A DNA stretch of 49,791 bases from an uncultured Nitrososphaeraceae archaeon. GTDB taxonomy: Archaea > Thermoproteota > Nitrososphaeria > Nitrososphaerales > Nitrososphaeraceae. The notes under the pieces are model-generated. The model had not been told where the DNA came from. It did no database searches and worked only from the letters and a program-made list of their open reading frames with translations. Positions 9,927-18,803 of the stretch are shown here, one piece after another. Location of the stretch: contig CAWIMJ010000043.1 in NCBI GenBank assembly GCA_963837175.1, positions 1-49,791 on the forward strand. Direction: 5' to 3'. Positions within the stretch are counted from its first letter, which is position 1. Every line of letters begins with the position of its first letter. The translations under genes and the position numbers were made by a program.

Positions 9927-12900
9927 TTAACCCATGAATTCGGTCAAAGTAGACTGTTCTTTCTTTTGTTCCTTGAAGATTAATTTCAACTCCATCATCA
10001 AGGTTTCGATTCTGCTACGTAAGTAATCGCTGATTTTAAATTGGTTGCACATATTGGTTGCAATACCAACGTATTTTTCAACCGATCCACGAGTGACTGT
10101 TTGTAACAATTCATTTCCACATCCAATACATCTTCCTATTAAAGGCATTCTGCGATACTTCTCTCCACAGTTGGTGCATCGGAAGGCCTGGGAAGAATAT
10201 GATCGCATGTTACCCATAATATCTGGTAAAATATGTGTCGTGAGTACCATTGATACAACTTCGTCAGGATCGACAGCATTGATTAACTTTGCAGTAGCAA
10301 TCTGCATCTCTAATTTCTCGTTCATAGTATTGAGTCTAGAGTATGCACTGCGTTGAATAGTAGTTGTTAACAAACCTGTAAAATGTGTAAAGGCATAATT
10401 GAAAAATTGGCTTTCATGTCCGATCCTATTTTTGACTAATTCTATCTTGTTAGATAAGTCTCCTGCTTTGGCCTGGTTCCATGTCGCTTCATAAAATTCG
10501 AGTGGATAAACCGCAGTGACATCGATATTATGAGCTTGTCTTTGAACTTCATATGGCAATACTATTGGTTGAATCAGTAGTGGTGCATCCATAAGTCCAC
10601 CAATTTTATCTGGTAAAAAATCATACGAAAAGTTAAGGAATGAATCCATTAGTAACATTAAAGAATCTGCATCACCGTCGCAATCTCTGCGTTTTGCAGA
10701 GTGCCAAACAGGAGACGCCAAACAGACTTGGGAATTTGTAAAGCCGATGATTCTTCCCACAATACCTACAGAAGTATGTGGTGCAAGTCCTACTGTCAAA
10801 TGTCCTACAAGGTCTTCTACAGAGGAAGCATTGTAGAAAGGTTCAAGTCCGTATAGTTTTACAAGTTCTTCATCAATAAATTTTGCTACATTGAGCAAAT
10901 GTTTAGCAGAATCTAAAGGTATTACTACGTCTTGCATTAATAGTTCGATCAACTGGTCAGATGACGTAAGATCCTTGCCACTATAATCTCTAGTATAACC
11001 TAATTCCCTTAGTTTTTCTATATTAGTCAGTATCCAATTCGGTTTGAAATGAGTCAATGGCTCATTCGTGGCATCAAACCTAATAGTCCCATCTTTAAAA
11101 GTATACAGGCTGTACTTTTGTCGTAATATCCCTTTTTCTAATGGCTCGGCTGCTTTGTCTCTGCTCATGAGAGCCTTAACACCCTTAAATGGCTCAGTTG
11201 CTTTGATGCCAAGTTTTTGCTCGGCTGCTTCAACTGTTACTTTCAATGGATATTTAACCGGGGAGTATGTTTTGCCCTCTTTACCGCAGCGATGGCACAA
11301 GCTTTTTTCAGCATCATCTAAAATCTGCTCCTTGCAAAGAATACACAGATTGCGAAGAGGAGTAGGCTCTTTACAATTGCGGCAGTGTATTCCAACTGAA
11401 GGAAGTTTGCAATTATTACAAAACCTATTTGAAATTTCAGTATAAAAAGATTCATTATTTGCTGCCTTCAAAATATCACGTGTAGCACCACCTTTGGAGC
11501 CTATAGGAAATAGCACATGAACTGGAGGTTTCATTTTACGCTCTGCAGCTTTTTCAGGACGTCCTACCCTTACTGCTACTGATGAAGCAAATTTTCGCTT
11601 AACTTCTATTCCTGATGTTATGGATATAAATTCAGTTACATCTATTGTTTTAATACTATTATTATAATTAGTCGTAGTAGTTGCATAAGATAATGATGAG
11701 GACATTCTTTTGGTAAAATCAATATCCTCTATAGCCACCGATTGGGAAGATGACAATAATAATCTAGTCAAAGAATAAGACTGATCTTGGCTATTAATCT
11801 CGATAGTATCTTCTTCATTTTTGACTGAATGAATTACGCCGAGTCGTTCCAGAATATCTTTGATGTTTGGATCGTAATCGAGTGAAAGCAAATAAGTATC
11901 AGAAGTCTTATTACTACTAAAGCCAGGATTTTGCTGCTTTTGTATACATAATTTTTCCTTCAATAATAAAACTTCATCTATATTGATAGAATCCCAATAA
12001 AATGAATATTTTGGATGTAGAGGAATGTCAAACTTTTTGCTGATTTCAAATGCCTCTTCAACTGTTGGAAGGATTGTAAATGGATCTTTTGATAGTTGAA
12101 TCAGCCTCTCATTATTTATTTCTCCCATTGGGAAGTCTGAAGAAGATAATATCAGCAATTTTGAATGCAATTGTAAAGCCCAAATTTCTTCTACGTAACT
12201 GGCAGGAAGCAGTTGAGCATTATTTTCAAGAAAATCGCCATAGCTTATTAGAATATCACCAAGATAAAGTATTTTATCAACTCTTGATCGAATCTTCGTA
12301 GCCTGATCTACTGTTGATACTTGCACTACACTGCCATCAACAAGTCTAACTAGTGGAGGCTCAATTGTATCTACGAGTGCTATAGTTGATGCCTTGCCTG
12401 GTACATCCATTTTTATTTGTGTTCCCACAACAATGGCATGGTTTAACAAAATAGGCACAACAGAGTGAATTCCAATAGTTGCAAAACCAGTATTGCAACA
12501 TCGACCGTATCTTAATCTGAAGCCACCAATTTTCTTAGTCATTGAAAGTACTGGTCTACCAGTAATCACTTCAGACATTCTGTGATGAGCTGCATCATCG
12601 TCATCCCCTGTCTGAATTGCTCCTTTGAGATCATTGAGCCAATTCCATCCATCTAGTTTCAGTATTTCAACAAGTTTAAGTAATTTTCTGCTTCGGCCTA
12701 TTAGACCATCATTCATTACTCTGAGAGCACCGCCGCGTACCCTATCCGTAGAAATTCTATTCATCCCTCTGTGTCCTACTACTTCTACTGGATCAGTATC
12801 GACACCATTAAGCTCTACCGGTAAATTATTTATGCATTTAATTACATCTTCATCCAATATTTTAAACTGAAAATTGCCAACTTCGCGTTCATAAATTCTC

Positions 12901-13496
12901 AATTCTTCGACAAATCTTCCTGTTTCGTCATCGTATGAATTTGCAATGTATTTATCTACGTTGGCAACTTTTCTTATTTGGTCTGCTATTAACATAGTGA
13001 GAGCAGCCTCGGTCCCCCCGGCAGATCTTATAGGACCGGCAAAAGATACTGAAAGATATTGACTACCGTTTGCATTATTTTTTAATTGCACATCAGCAAT
13101 TCCTTGCAATGGGGCAACGGTTACACCTTCTGTTACCACAGCTAGACTAACACGAACAGCATTATCCAGCCTGGTTCTAAGATCGCCCACACCGTATTCT
13201 CCTAGAGCAATCTCCTCAGCAATTTTAAGGGCGGCCCTCTCTTTAGTGGTATGTGAGAGTAAGGCACGTAATCGGTCTGCAATATCAATATTATGCATTT
13301 TTGCAACCCTGTCTGCCAGATCATAAGCAATCTTTGGCTCAACTCTGTCAGAAACATCTAATCTCATTCTTCGACCTTTTGTAGCCAATTCAAAGCTTCT
13401 TTCTACACTCTTCAAAATTTCGTGCTGATAATTTAGATAATACTCAGGCATATTCACCTCTTTCAGACGGATTTCTGCATCACTTATAATTGTCAT
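9927..13496 (-). CDS. polC: DNA polymerase D (Pol II) large subunit DP2
   Basis: FAGPIRSAGGT, GGFRLRYGR, RVGRPEKA, FKDGTIRFDATN, GLAPHTSVG, catalytic AKRRDCDGDAD, central and C-terminal Zn fingers. Confidence 0.98.
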   Translation of the reverse strand: MTIISDAEIRLKEVNMPEYYLNYQHEILKSVERSFELATKGRRMRLDVSDRVEPKIAYDLADRVAKMHNIDIADRLRALLSHTTKERAALKIAEEIALGEYGVGDLRTRLDNAVRVSLAVVTEGVTVAPLQGIADVQLKNNANGSQYLSVSFAGPIRSAGGTEAALTMLIADQIRKVANVDKYIANSYDDETGRFVEELRIYEREVGNFQFKILDEDVIKCINNLPVELNGVDTDPVEVVGHRGMNRISTDRVRGGALRVMNDGLIGRSRKLLKLVEILKLDGWNWLNDLKGAIQTGDDDDAAHHRMSEVITGRPVLSMTKKIGGFRLRYGRCCNTGFATIGIHSVVPILLNHAIVVGTQIKMDVPGKASTIALVDTIEPPLVRLVDGSVVQVSTVDQATKIRSRVDKILYLGDILISYGDFLENNAQLLPASYVEEIWALQLHSKLLILSSSDFPMGEINNERLIQLSKDPFTILPTVEEAFEISKKFDIPLHPKYSFYWDSINIDEVLLLKEKLCIQKQQNPGFSSNKTSDTYLLSLDYDPNIKDILERLGVIHSVKNEEDTIEINSQDQSYSLTRLLLSSSQSVAIEDIDFTKRMSSSLSYATTTTNYNNSIKTIDVTEFISITSGIEVKRKFASSVAVRVGRPEKAAERKMKPPVHVLFPIGSKGGATRDILKAANNESFYTEISNRFCNNCKLPSVGIHCRNCKEPTPLRNLCILCKEQILDDAEKSLCHRCGKEGKTYSPVKYPLKVTVEAAEQKLGIKATEPFKGVKALMSRDKAAEPLEKGILRQKYSLYTFKDGTIRFDATNEPLTHFKPNWILTNIEKLRELGYTRDYSGKDLTSSDQLIELLMQDVVIPLDSAKHLLNVAKFIDEELVKLYGLEPFYNASSVEDLVGHLTVGLAPHTSVGIVGRIIGFTNSQVCLASPVWHSAKRRDCDGDADSLMLLMDSFLNFSYDFLPDKIGGLMDAPLLIQPIVLPYEVQRQAHNIDVTAVYPLEFYEATWNQAKAGDLSNKIELVKNRIGHESQFFNYAFTHFTGLLTTTIQRSAYSRLNTMNEKLEMQIATAKLINAVDPDEVVSMVLTTHILPDIMGNMRSYSSQAFRCTNCGEKYRRMPLIGRCIGCGNELLQTVTRGSVEKYVGIATNMCNQFKISDYLRSRIETLMMELKLIFKEQKKEQSTLTEFMG

Positions 13497-13505
13497 GATT
13501 TATTA

Positions 13506-14282
13506 TTATCCTCTCCTTATTGCATTTATAATTGAGGAGAATTTATCTTCCCAGTTTCCCTCTTTTTCAATCATTGTGCCAATTACAATAGCATCAGCCC
13601 CGGCATTAGCTATTTCCTTTGCGGTTTCTGGGGTACGGATTCCACCACCTACAATAAGTATTCCTTCATAGTTTTTTCTTACTGCTGATACCATTTGGGG
13701 CGAGACATTCTGTATGGCACCAGAGCCAGCTTCGAGATATAAAAACCTCATGCCTAAATACTGAGCAGCCAATGAATACATAATAGCTATTCCGGATTTA
13801 TTGAAAGGAATCGCACGAGCCCTGCCAACGAACCATGCAGTAGTACCCTCGCCAATAATCAAATAACCAGTTGGCAACGGTTCAATATCATATTTTTTGA
13901 CAGCGAGGGCTCCCAAGGCCTGTGCTTCTGTAATAAAGTAAGGATTCTCTGAATTAAGTAGTGAACTGAAGAGAATAGCATCAGCTTTTGGCGCTATTCC
14001 TGTGATATTTCCAGGAAACAATATCACTGGAATTTTGATTTGTGATTTAATACTTGAAACTATCTCGGCCAATTCAAGTTGATCAACTGCTGAGGATCCA
14101 CCAACCAAGATTCCAGAAGCTCCCATTAATTCAGCCTTCTTAGCAATAGAAGAAGCATTTAAAAAGTTTTCTGAGTCTATGAGAGGAAAACATAATGTAC
14201 CATGCTGTTTAAGTTCGTTTACAATATAATTCTCAACAGTTCCTTTCAAGTTGTTTATGGAATGTTTATAGTTATATATCAT
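13506..14282 (-). CDS. Geranylgeranylglyceryl phosphate (GGGP) synthase
   Basis: PLIDSE, ILVGGS, PVILFPG, ADAILFSSLLNS, YLEAGSGA, VGGGIR, AGADAIVIGT; 9 nt upstream of polC. Confidence 0.95.
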   Translation of the reverse strand: MIYNYKHSINNLKGTVENYIVNELKQHGTLCFPLIDSENFLNASSIAKKAELMGASGILVGGSSAVDQLELAEIVSSIKSQIKIPVILFPGNITGIAPKADAILFSSLLNSENPYFITEAQALGALAVKKYDIEPLPTGYLIIGEGTTAWFVGRARAIPFNKSGIAIMYSLAAQYLGMRFLYLEAGSGAIQNVSPQMVSAVRKNYEGILIVGGGIRTPETAKEIANAGADAIVIGTMIEKEGNWEDKFSSIINAIRRG

Positions 14283-15104
14283 TGCTATTGATAATATTTA
14301 CATCATAATATAGTCCTATAAATACTGACGAATGATTCAGATATAATGATACTATAGAAGGCTCTATTAGGTTAGGCTTTGTCACCTCTTATTACATAAT
14401 TGATTGAACCAACATGCAACTTTATATTATGAAGACATATGTGAATAAAGTAAACCAATGGTATACGTGATTCAAGTCACAATATAATTTCTTTCTGCAA
14501 GGATAATAATAGTCAAAATTTTCTGTTCTATCTTTTACATACTCGATAGCCCTTTCAATCAATAATGCTTTTCTCAAGAGATGAATGAATGTAACCTATG
14601 CTTTAATCCTAAAGAAAGAGATACAAGCTTCAAGATACTTTTTCAACCGTTACCAATACAAGGTATTTGAATTGAGAATATCTAAGTAGTAATGCTGTAA
14701 TACATGTACTATATATTGTGATGAATTTGTTTTGAAATTAGCTCTTGAGATGGATATATAAGACGCCATAATACACATATATTGTACTAAATGTTTTAGT
14801 ATCACTTAGAGTATAAGGCAATACGTCCGTTTATTGTTTATCTATATTCAGACTATCATATAATGGTCTGTTCTTTTCTTTCAAGGTTTCAAACTTCATC
14901 GGTAGATAACCTCTCTTGATCGAATTTTCCAGAGCATATTTTGGTACGATAGTTAAGTTAGAATCTAATCTTCTTAATGAATTGCACTTGTTTAATCAAG
15001 TCTTTTATAATGTCAAATGAATTATACTAACTAACAAAAGTTAGTTTACAGATTTTTCTTAATATGTAAGGTTTACTATGCTTAAAAAATCCTTTTACTT
15101 GGTT

Positions 15105-15398
15105 TTAAAAGATATACGAAATTATGTTAGGCAGTATAGTATACGATAGTCTCTTGATATTAATAAGGTAAGGTGCAAGAATAAGAGGTTCCTCAAAACG
15201 CTTAAGGATAAAATCCAAGCATTCATAAAAATTTGAGGTACTAAGGGGCAATTTTTCTTTAGCCGTTATTTCTGAAATGAGTGATTTATTTCCGTAGTTT
15301 ATAATAGCATAAGAGGTAATTGCAAAAGAGATTGCTAACATAATTAGAACTTCGAGGCCATAAAGAAATTTTACCCCCACTACGATAGTAGCAGCCAA
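15105..15398 (-). CDS. Putative membrane protein fragment
   Basis: Hydrophobic N-terminal segment, TTG start, lies in a decayed AT-rich region. Confidence 0.25.
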   Translation of the reverse strand: MAATIVVGVKFLYGLEVLIMLAISFAITSYAIINYGNKSLISEITAKEKLPLSTSNFYECLDFILKRFEEPLILAPYLINIKRLSYTILPNIISYIF

Positions 15399-15518
15399 TG
15401 CATTACAATATTGGTTTCAAATTAGAGGCTAGATGATATAGTAGGATAGTAGATTACTCTCTTAAAAACTCCAGTACAGAATAAGACGAGAACGCATTTG
15501 AATGCCTCAACCAATTAT

Positions 15519-16417
15519 TTATGCGGTTATTTGCTCTGTAGTTCCATCGGGATATTCTAATATTACCTTTTCCTTTTTAATATCTATCTTGATTTTCTCA
15601 TTGTCAATAACTCTTCTCTTTTTAATTACTATTTCTCCTATTTTTACTGTCCTTCCACTAACCACTACCTCCTCACCCATGATAGGAATTACTTTTTCAG
15701 TTTCTTGATTACTGTTATTCTGATCTTTATCATCAAACAATGATATTAATTCTCCTCTTGGTTGATTTTCTTGTTGTACTAGTGAATGCTGTTGCTTATT
15801 CTTATCTCTATCAATACTATCCAGGATTTTATCTTTTAGTTTTGATAGTATACCGTCATCATATTTCTCCAATAATTTTATCACTTTATCATTGACATAT
15901 ACTTCTTCATATGGTATAGGTATCTCGACTTTTTTGGTCGTGGTGATCCATCTTTTTTCTATTTTTACATTTTCAACAATGGTATTTTTTGAAATCGAGA
16001 ATCGCTCTTCATTAACGGGAATGGTAGCCGAGTTTTGTCTAATGCTATCTTCTTTATCTAGCTGTTTATAAGAATAATCAATTTTATTTACAATCTTGTC
16101 TTTTTTATATTATTATTACCAAGCTTTGCTTTTTCTCCTACTACAGAAACCGTCTGTTTGAATGATTTGCTAGCGTCTTTGGCCTTATCTGAGATTGAGT
16201 CATCTTCTCCTCTTTTTTCTTGAAAAGATGGTCACACTATCACAACATTAGAATATTTTATCAGTGGAGGTGTAATTACCATAATCTCCTTACTGGATAG
16301 CTGTGGTTTCTGGCTTGGTTACCTATGTTAGTTCTTCTTTTATATTCCATTTTCTGCAGTTGCTGCACTAATAGAACTAGTTTCTTTTCGATCCCTAATA
16401 TCCTCGCCATTGTTCAC
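15519..16417 (-). pseudogene. DUF2382 (YsnF/AvaK)-like repeat protein, 5' part degraded
   Basis: Two repeats, ATIPVNEERFSISK...IEKRWITTTKKVEIPIPYEEVYV and VIPIMGEEVVVSGRTVKIGEIVIKKRRV; the upstream frame has TAA and TGA stops and a frameshift in an A-run near 16101. Confidence 0.65.
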
Positions 16418-16758
16418 TAAGATATTTCCTTCTAATATATATAATACTATTCTATAGTCATTTGTTTGAGGCTACTTCGTGATTTGTTGAAGAAACACCA
16501 TGAGCTCAAGCAGATAATAAGGAAAAAACCAGACTTCGTGCAAATATACTAGAGCAAGTAAAAATGTCTTTATATTATAGATTATTTATTAAATATCATA
16601 TATATTACTCGATAATTTGAAATATACTTATATTCGATATATATTGATACTATAACCAATCCAAACATATTGATAACCTATTTATTAATTTAAAACGTAC
16701 CGTTACATATTCGAAAGTTTTAAAACTAGTTTAGCTATACAAATCTGTATAGACTTTT

Positions 16759-17130
16759 ATGAAAGAGGCACAATCCAATTCTTATGATATCTATAGTCAT
16801 ATCATTGAAAATTCTTTATTTACTAATAGACAAATAGATATTATTTGTAAAAAATTAAAGAACACTGATCGGCCAACAAACATGACAGCCGGTGCCTATT
16901 ATAGACAGATAAAGCAATGTAAGAGCAAGGTCAGGAGGCTCCTATATAGTCTAGTATTGCTTAGATCATTAAATGTAGTAGACAAGCAAACACTTTTTGC
17001 AATCGAACGTATTAGCGAACAACTTGCCGTGATGTTTATTAATAAAAGTAGTGATATTTCTCAGTCATATCAAAGCAGTAGCGTGATATTTGCACTTGAT
17101 GAATTAATAAAGAGAATGAATACTTTGTAA
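16759..17130 (+). CDS. Origin-adjacent HTH protein (Tfx/sigma-70 region 4-like)
   Basis: LFTNRQIDII...MTAGAYYRQIKQCKSKVRRLLYSLVLL resembles an HTH followed by a long helix. Confidence 0.7.
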   Translation: MKEAQSNSYDIYSHIIENSLFTNRQIDIICKKLKNTDRPTNMTAGAYYRQIKQCKSKVRRLLYSLVLLRSLNVVDKQTLFAIERISEQLAVMFINKSSDISQSYQSSSVIFALDELIKRMNTL

Positions 17131-17750
17131 AATTATATTACTCTATAAGATTATATCACTGTGGTGACTCAGATATCGTGATATGAGTGATATTTTAAGT
17201 TCTAACCTACATCTTATCATTATATCTATTATATCATATACTGTAGGTATCCTTAGTGTTATATCTTATATTAAGTTGAAAGAATCTATTCGATTCTCAC
17301 TTAACACAGAAGAAAAAACTATTGAGTCAATAGTCTCAGAATATACTCATAGATTAAATAATTATGATAAAGCAATTTCTGAATTACGTGTTAGAATGGA
17401 CACAATAGAATTAAGAGCAATCCAAAATAATACTTTAGATATTTCTCCCCAGATTGAAACAGTTAGTACAAAAGCCTACAAACAAAACACAACAACATCA
17501 CGGCATGAGTCACAGTCAGAACGACCACATAATCACATCTCCCCTGTGAGTGATTTAGTGACCGTCACGCAACCAGCGTCTACCATATCATCAAGACATC
17601 AAGATTCGTATAATGGCACTCTGGATTTCATATTGAAAATGCTGATGGAGAAACCGAGAACCTCGAGAGAAATCCAACATTCCGTTGGAAGAACACGGGA
17701 ACACACATCACGCCTTATGAAGAAACTTTATGATTCCAAATTGGTGATTA
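17029..17750. repeat. Dispersed GTGATAT/GTGAY motif array
   Basis: Exact GTGATAT at 17051, 17083, 17178, 17187 and reverse at 17153; variants at 17029, 17164, 17495(r), 17507(r), 17530(r), 17550, 17558-17568, 17705(r), 17744. Confidence 0.6.
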
Positions 17751-17893
17751 GAGATAGTAACAATAAGCCCTTCAAATATAGTATTACTGACGCAGGTCGT
17801 ATACAGTTGAGGGGACATCATGGGATAAATGGAGAGATTGTACATGTTGCTGACGCTGATTCGACTGACTCTCAATTACCTGCGATGACCTAG
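17183..17893 (+). CDS. Membrane-anchored coiled-coil winged-helix protein
   Basis: N-terminal TM helix (LIIISIISYTVGILSVISYI), coiled coil, S/T/H-rich linker, C-terminal wHTH (RTSREIQHSVGRTREHTSRLMKKLYDSKLVIRD...FKYSITDAG). Confidence 0.8.
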   Translation: MSDILSSNLHLIIISIISYTVGILSVISYIKLKESIRFSLNTEEKTIESIVSEYTHRLNNYDKAISELRVRMDTIELRAIQNNTLDISPQIETVSTKAYKQNTTTSRHESQSERPHNHISPVSDLVTVTQPASTISSRHQDSYNGTLDFILKMLMEKPRTSREIQHSVGRTREHTSRLMKKLYDSKLVIRDSNNKPFKYSITDAGRIQLRGHHGINGEIVHVADADSTDSQLPAMT

Positions 17894-18290
17894 TAATTAT
17901 CTTATATATCCATTCTTTTCCCTTTCGATTTCTGGCCAGTTTACCTCTATCAGAATATCTTGACAAATAAGTCGAGATTATACTCAGCTGAATAGGTTCA
18001 TTATATTCATCTTCATATATCTCAAGAATATCAGATGATGTGAAAGTATTATATGGAAATTTATTTTCAATTATACTCCATATCTTTGAGCCGACAGATA
18101 CCAAATTGTTGTTTTGGCTTTCTGTATCAATATGTCCATTGTTACTCTTTCCACCTAAGTTAATAAGGTCCATTAATTCAAACACTTTCATAATCTTCTC
18201 TTTTGAAAGATTACCCTCTAAAGAAAGATTATACTTGCCTCCTTCGGCATCTTCGAGTTGAATCTTTATCTTCTTTTTGCCTGCGCTCAA
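17784..18290 (-). CDS. Origin-adjacent winged-helix protein, divergent from cdc6
   Basis: N-terminal domain KIKIQLEDAEGGKYNLSLEG; C-terminal wHTH FTSSDILEIYEDEYNEPIQLSIISTYLSRYSDRGKLAR...EWIYKI. Confidence 0.8.
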   Translation of the reverse strand: MSAGKKKIKIQLEDAEGGKYNLSLEGNLSKEKIMKVFELMDLINLGGKSNNGHIDTESQNNNLVSVGSKIWSIIENKFPYNTFTSSDILEIYEDEYNEPIQLSIISTYLSRYSDRGKLARNRKGKEWIYKIITRSSQVIESQSNQRQQHVQSLHLSHDVPSTVYDLRQ

Positions 18291-18461
18291 TCTAGAGTAT
18301 CTTTACCTGTTGACAGGTTAACATGTTAACAACTTAACAGAGGTAGTAATAACTCAGATAACAATTAGCTTAGTTTTTGTTAACTTATATGAGATAGTCA
18401 TAAAGTTATTAACATAAAAAACTTGTTAACTAATTTTTATATCATTGCAAGGAACCTTAAA

Positions 18462-18483
18462 GTTCCAGTCGAAATAAAGGGGT
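18462..18483 (+). promoter_or_regulatory. Origin recognition box ORB1
   Basis: GTTCCAGTCGAAATAAAGGGGT matches the archaeal ORB consensus GTTCCAGTGGAAAC-AAAGGGG. Confidence 0.9.
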
Positions 18484-18522
18484 GTAATTATTCATATTAA
18501 CAGTGTTAACGACAACTATAAC

Positions 18523-18544
18523 ACTCCAGTGGAAATAAGGGGGT
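18523..18544 (+). promoter_or_regulatory. Origin recognition box ORB2
   Basis: ACTCCAGTGGAAATAAGGGGGT. Confidence 0.9.
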
Positions 18545-18620
18545 CATATTCAACAGTTTCAGGATTTTATCAATACTATGTTAACATGGCTGTGAATGTA
18601 ATAATTTCTGTTGCAAGTCG

Positions 18621-18642
18621 CACCCTATTATTTCCTGTCCAG
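18621..18642 (-). promoter_or_regulatory. Inverted degenerate ORB
   Basis: Reverse complement reads CTGGACAGGAAATAATAGGGTG. Confidence 0.5.
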
Positions 18643-18803
18643 AGCTCTCCTCATAGTTTGATAATATTAGATAAATTATTTTATTAATTAATTAATAAAA
18701 TTAGATTTTATGCTTTAAAAGCGATTTGTTAACATTATGTTAACATAATATTAACAAATGTTTCTTCTTATGTTGGATAAGAAAGATAGGGGTGTGGATA
18801 AAA

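Larger units (their letters stand above)
18317..18755. repeat. GTTAAC palindrome array in oriC
   Basis: Exact GTTAAC at 18317, 18325, 18379, 18425, 18505, 18580, 18728, 18739; ATTAAC variants at 18408, 18496, 18750. Confidence 0.85.
18300..18795. promoter_or_regulatory. Chromosomal replication origin (oriC)
   Basis: Directly upstream of cdc6; two ORBs with G-strings, one inverted degenerate ORB, and an AT-rich segment at 18661-18720 containing a 24-bp palindrome (18678-18701). Confidence 0.9.

Noticed and set aside
10045-12870. Plus-strand ORFs inside DP2, and similar antisense ORFs inside cdc6, acs, cdvB, tes and the hydratase
   Set aside because: Antisense shadows of well-supported genes.
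9927-13496. Possible intein in DP2
   Set aside because: Length is normal and no splice-junction or LAGLIDADG motifs are present; the inserts are short low-complexity loops.
18317-18755. CRISPR-like interpretation of the origin repeats
   Set aside because: Units are 6-22 bp and irregularly spaced, with no cas genes; they match ORBs and short palindromes.
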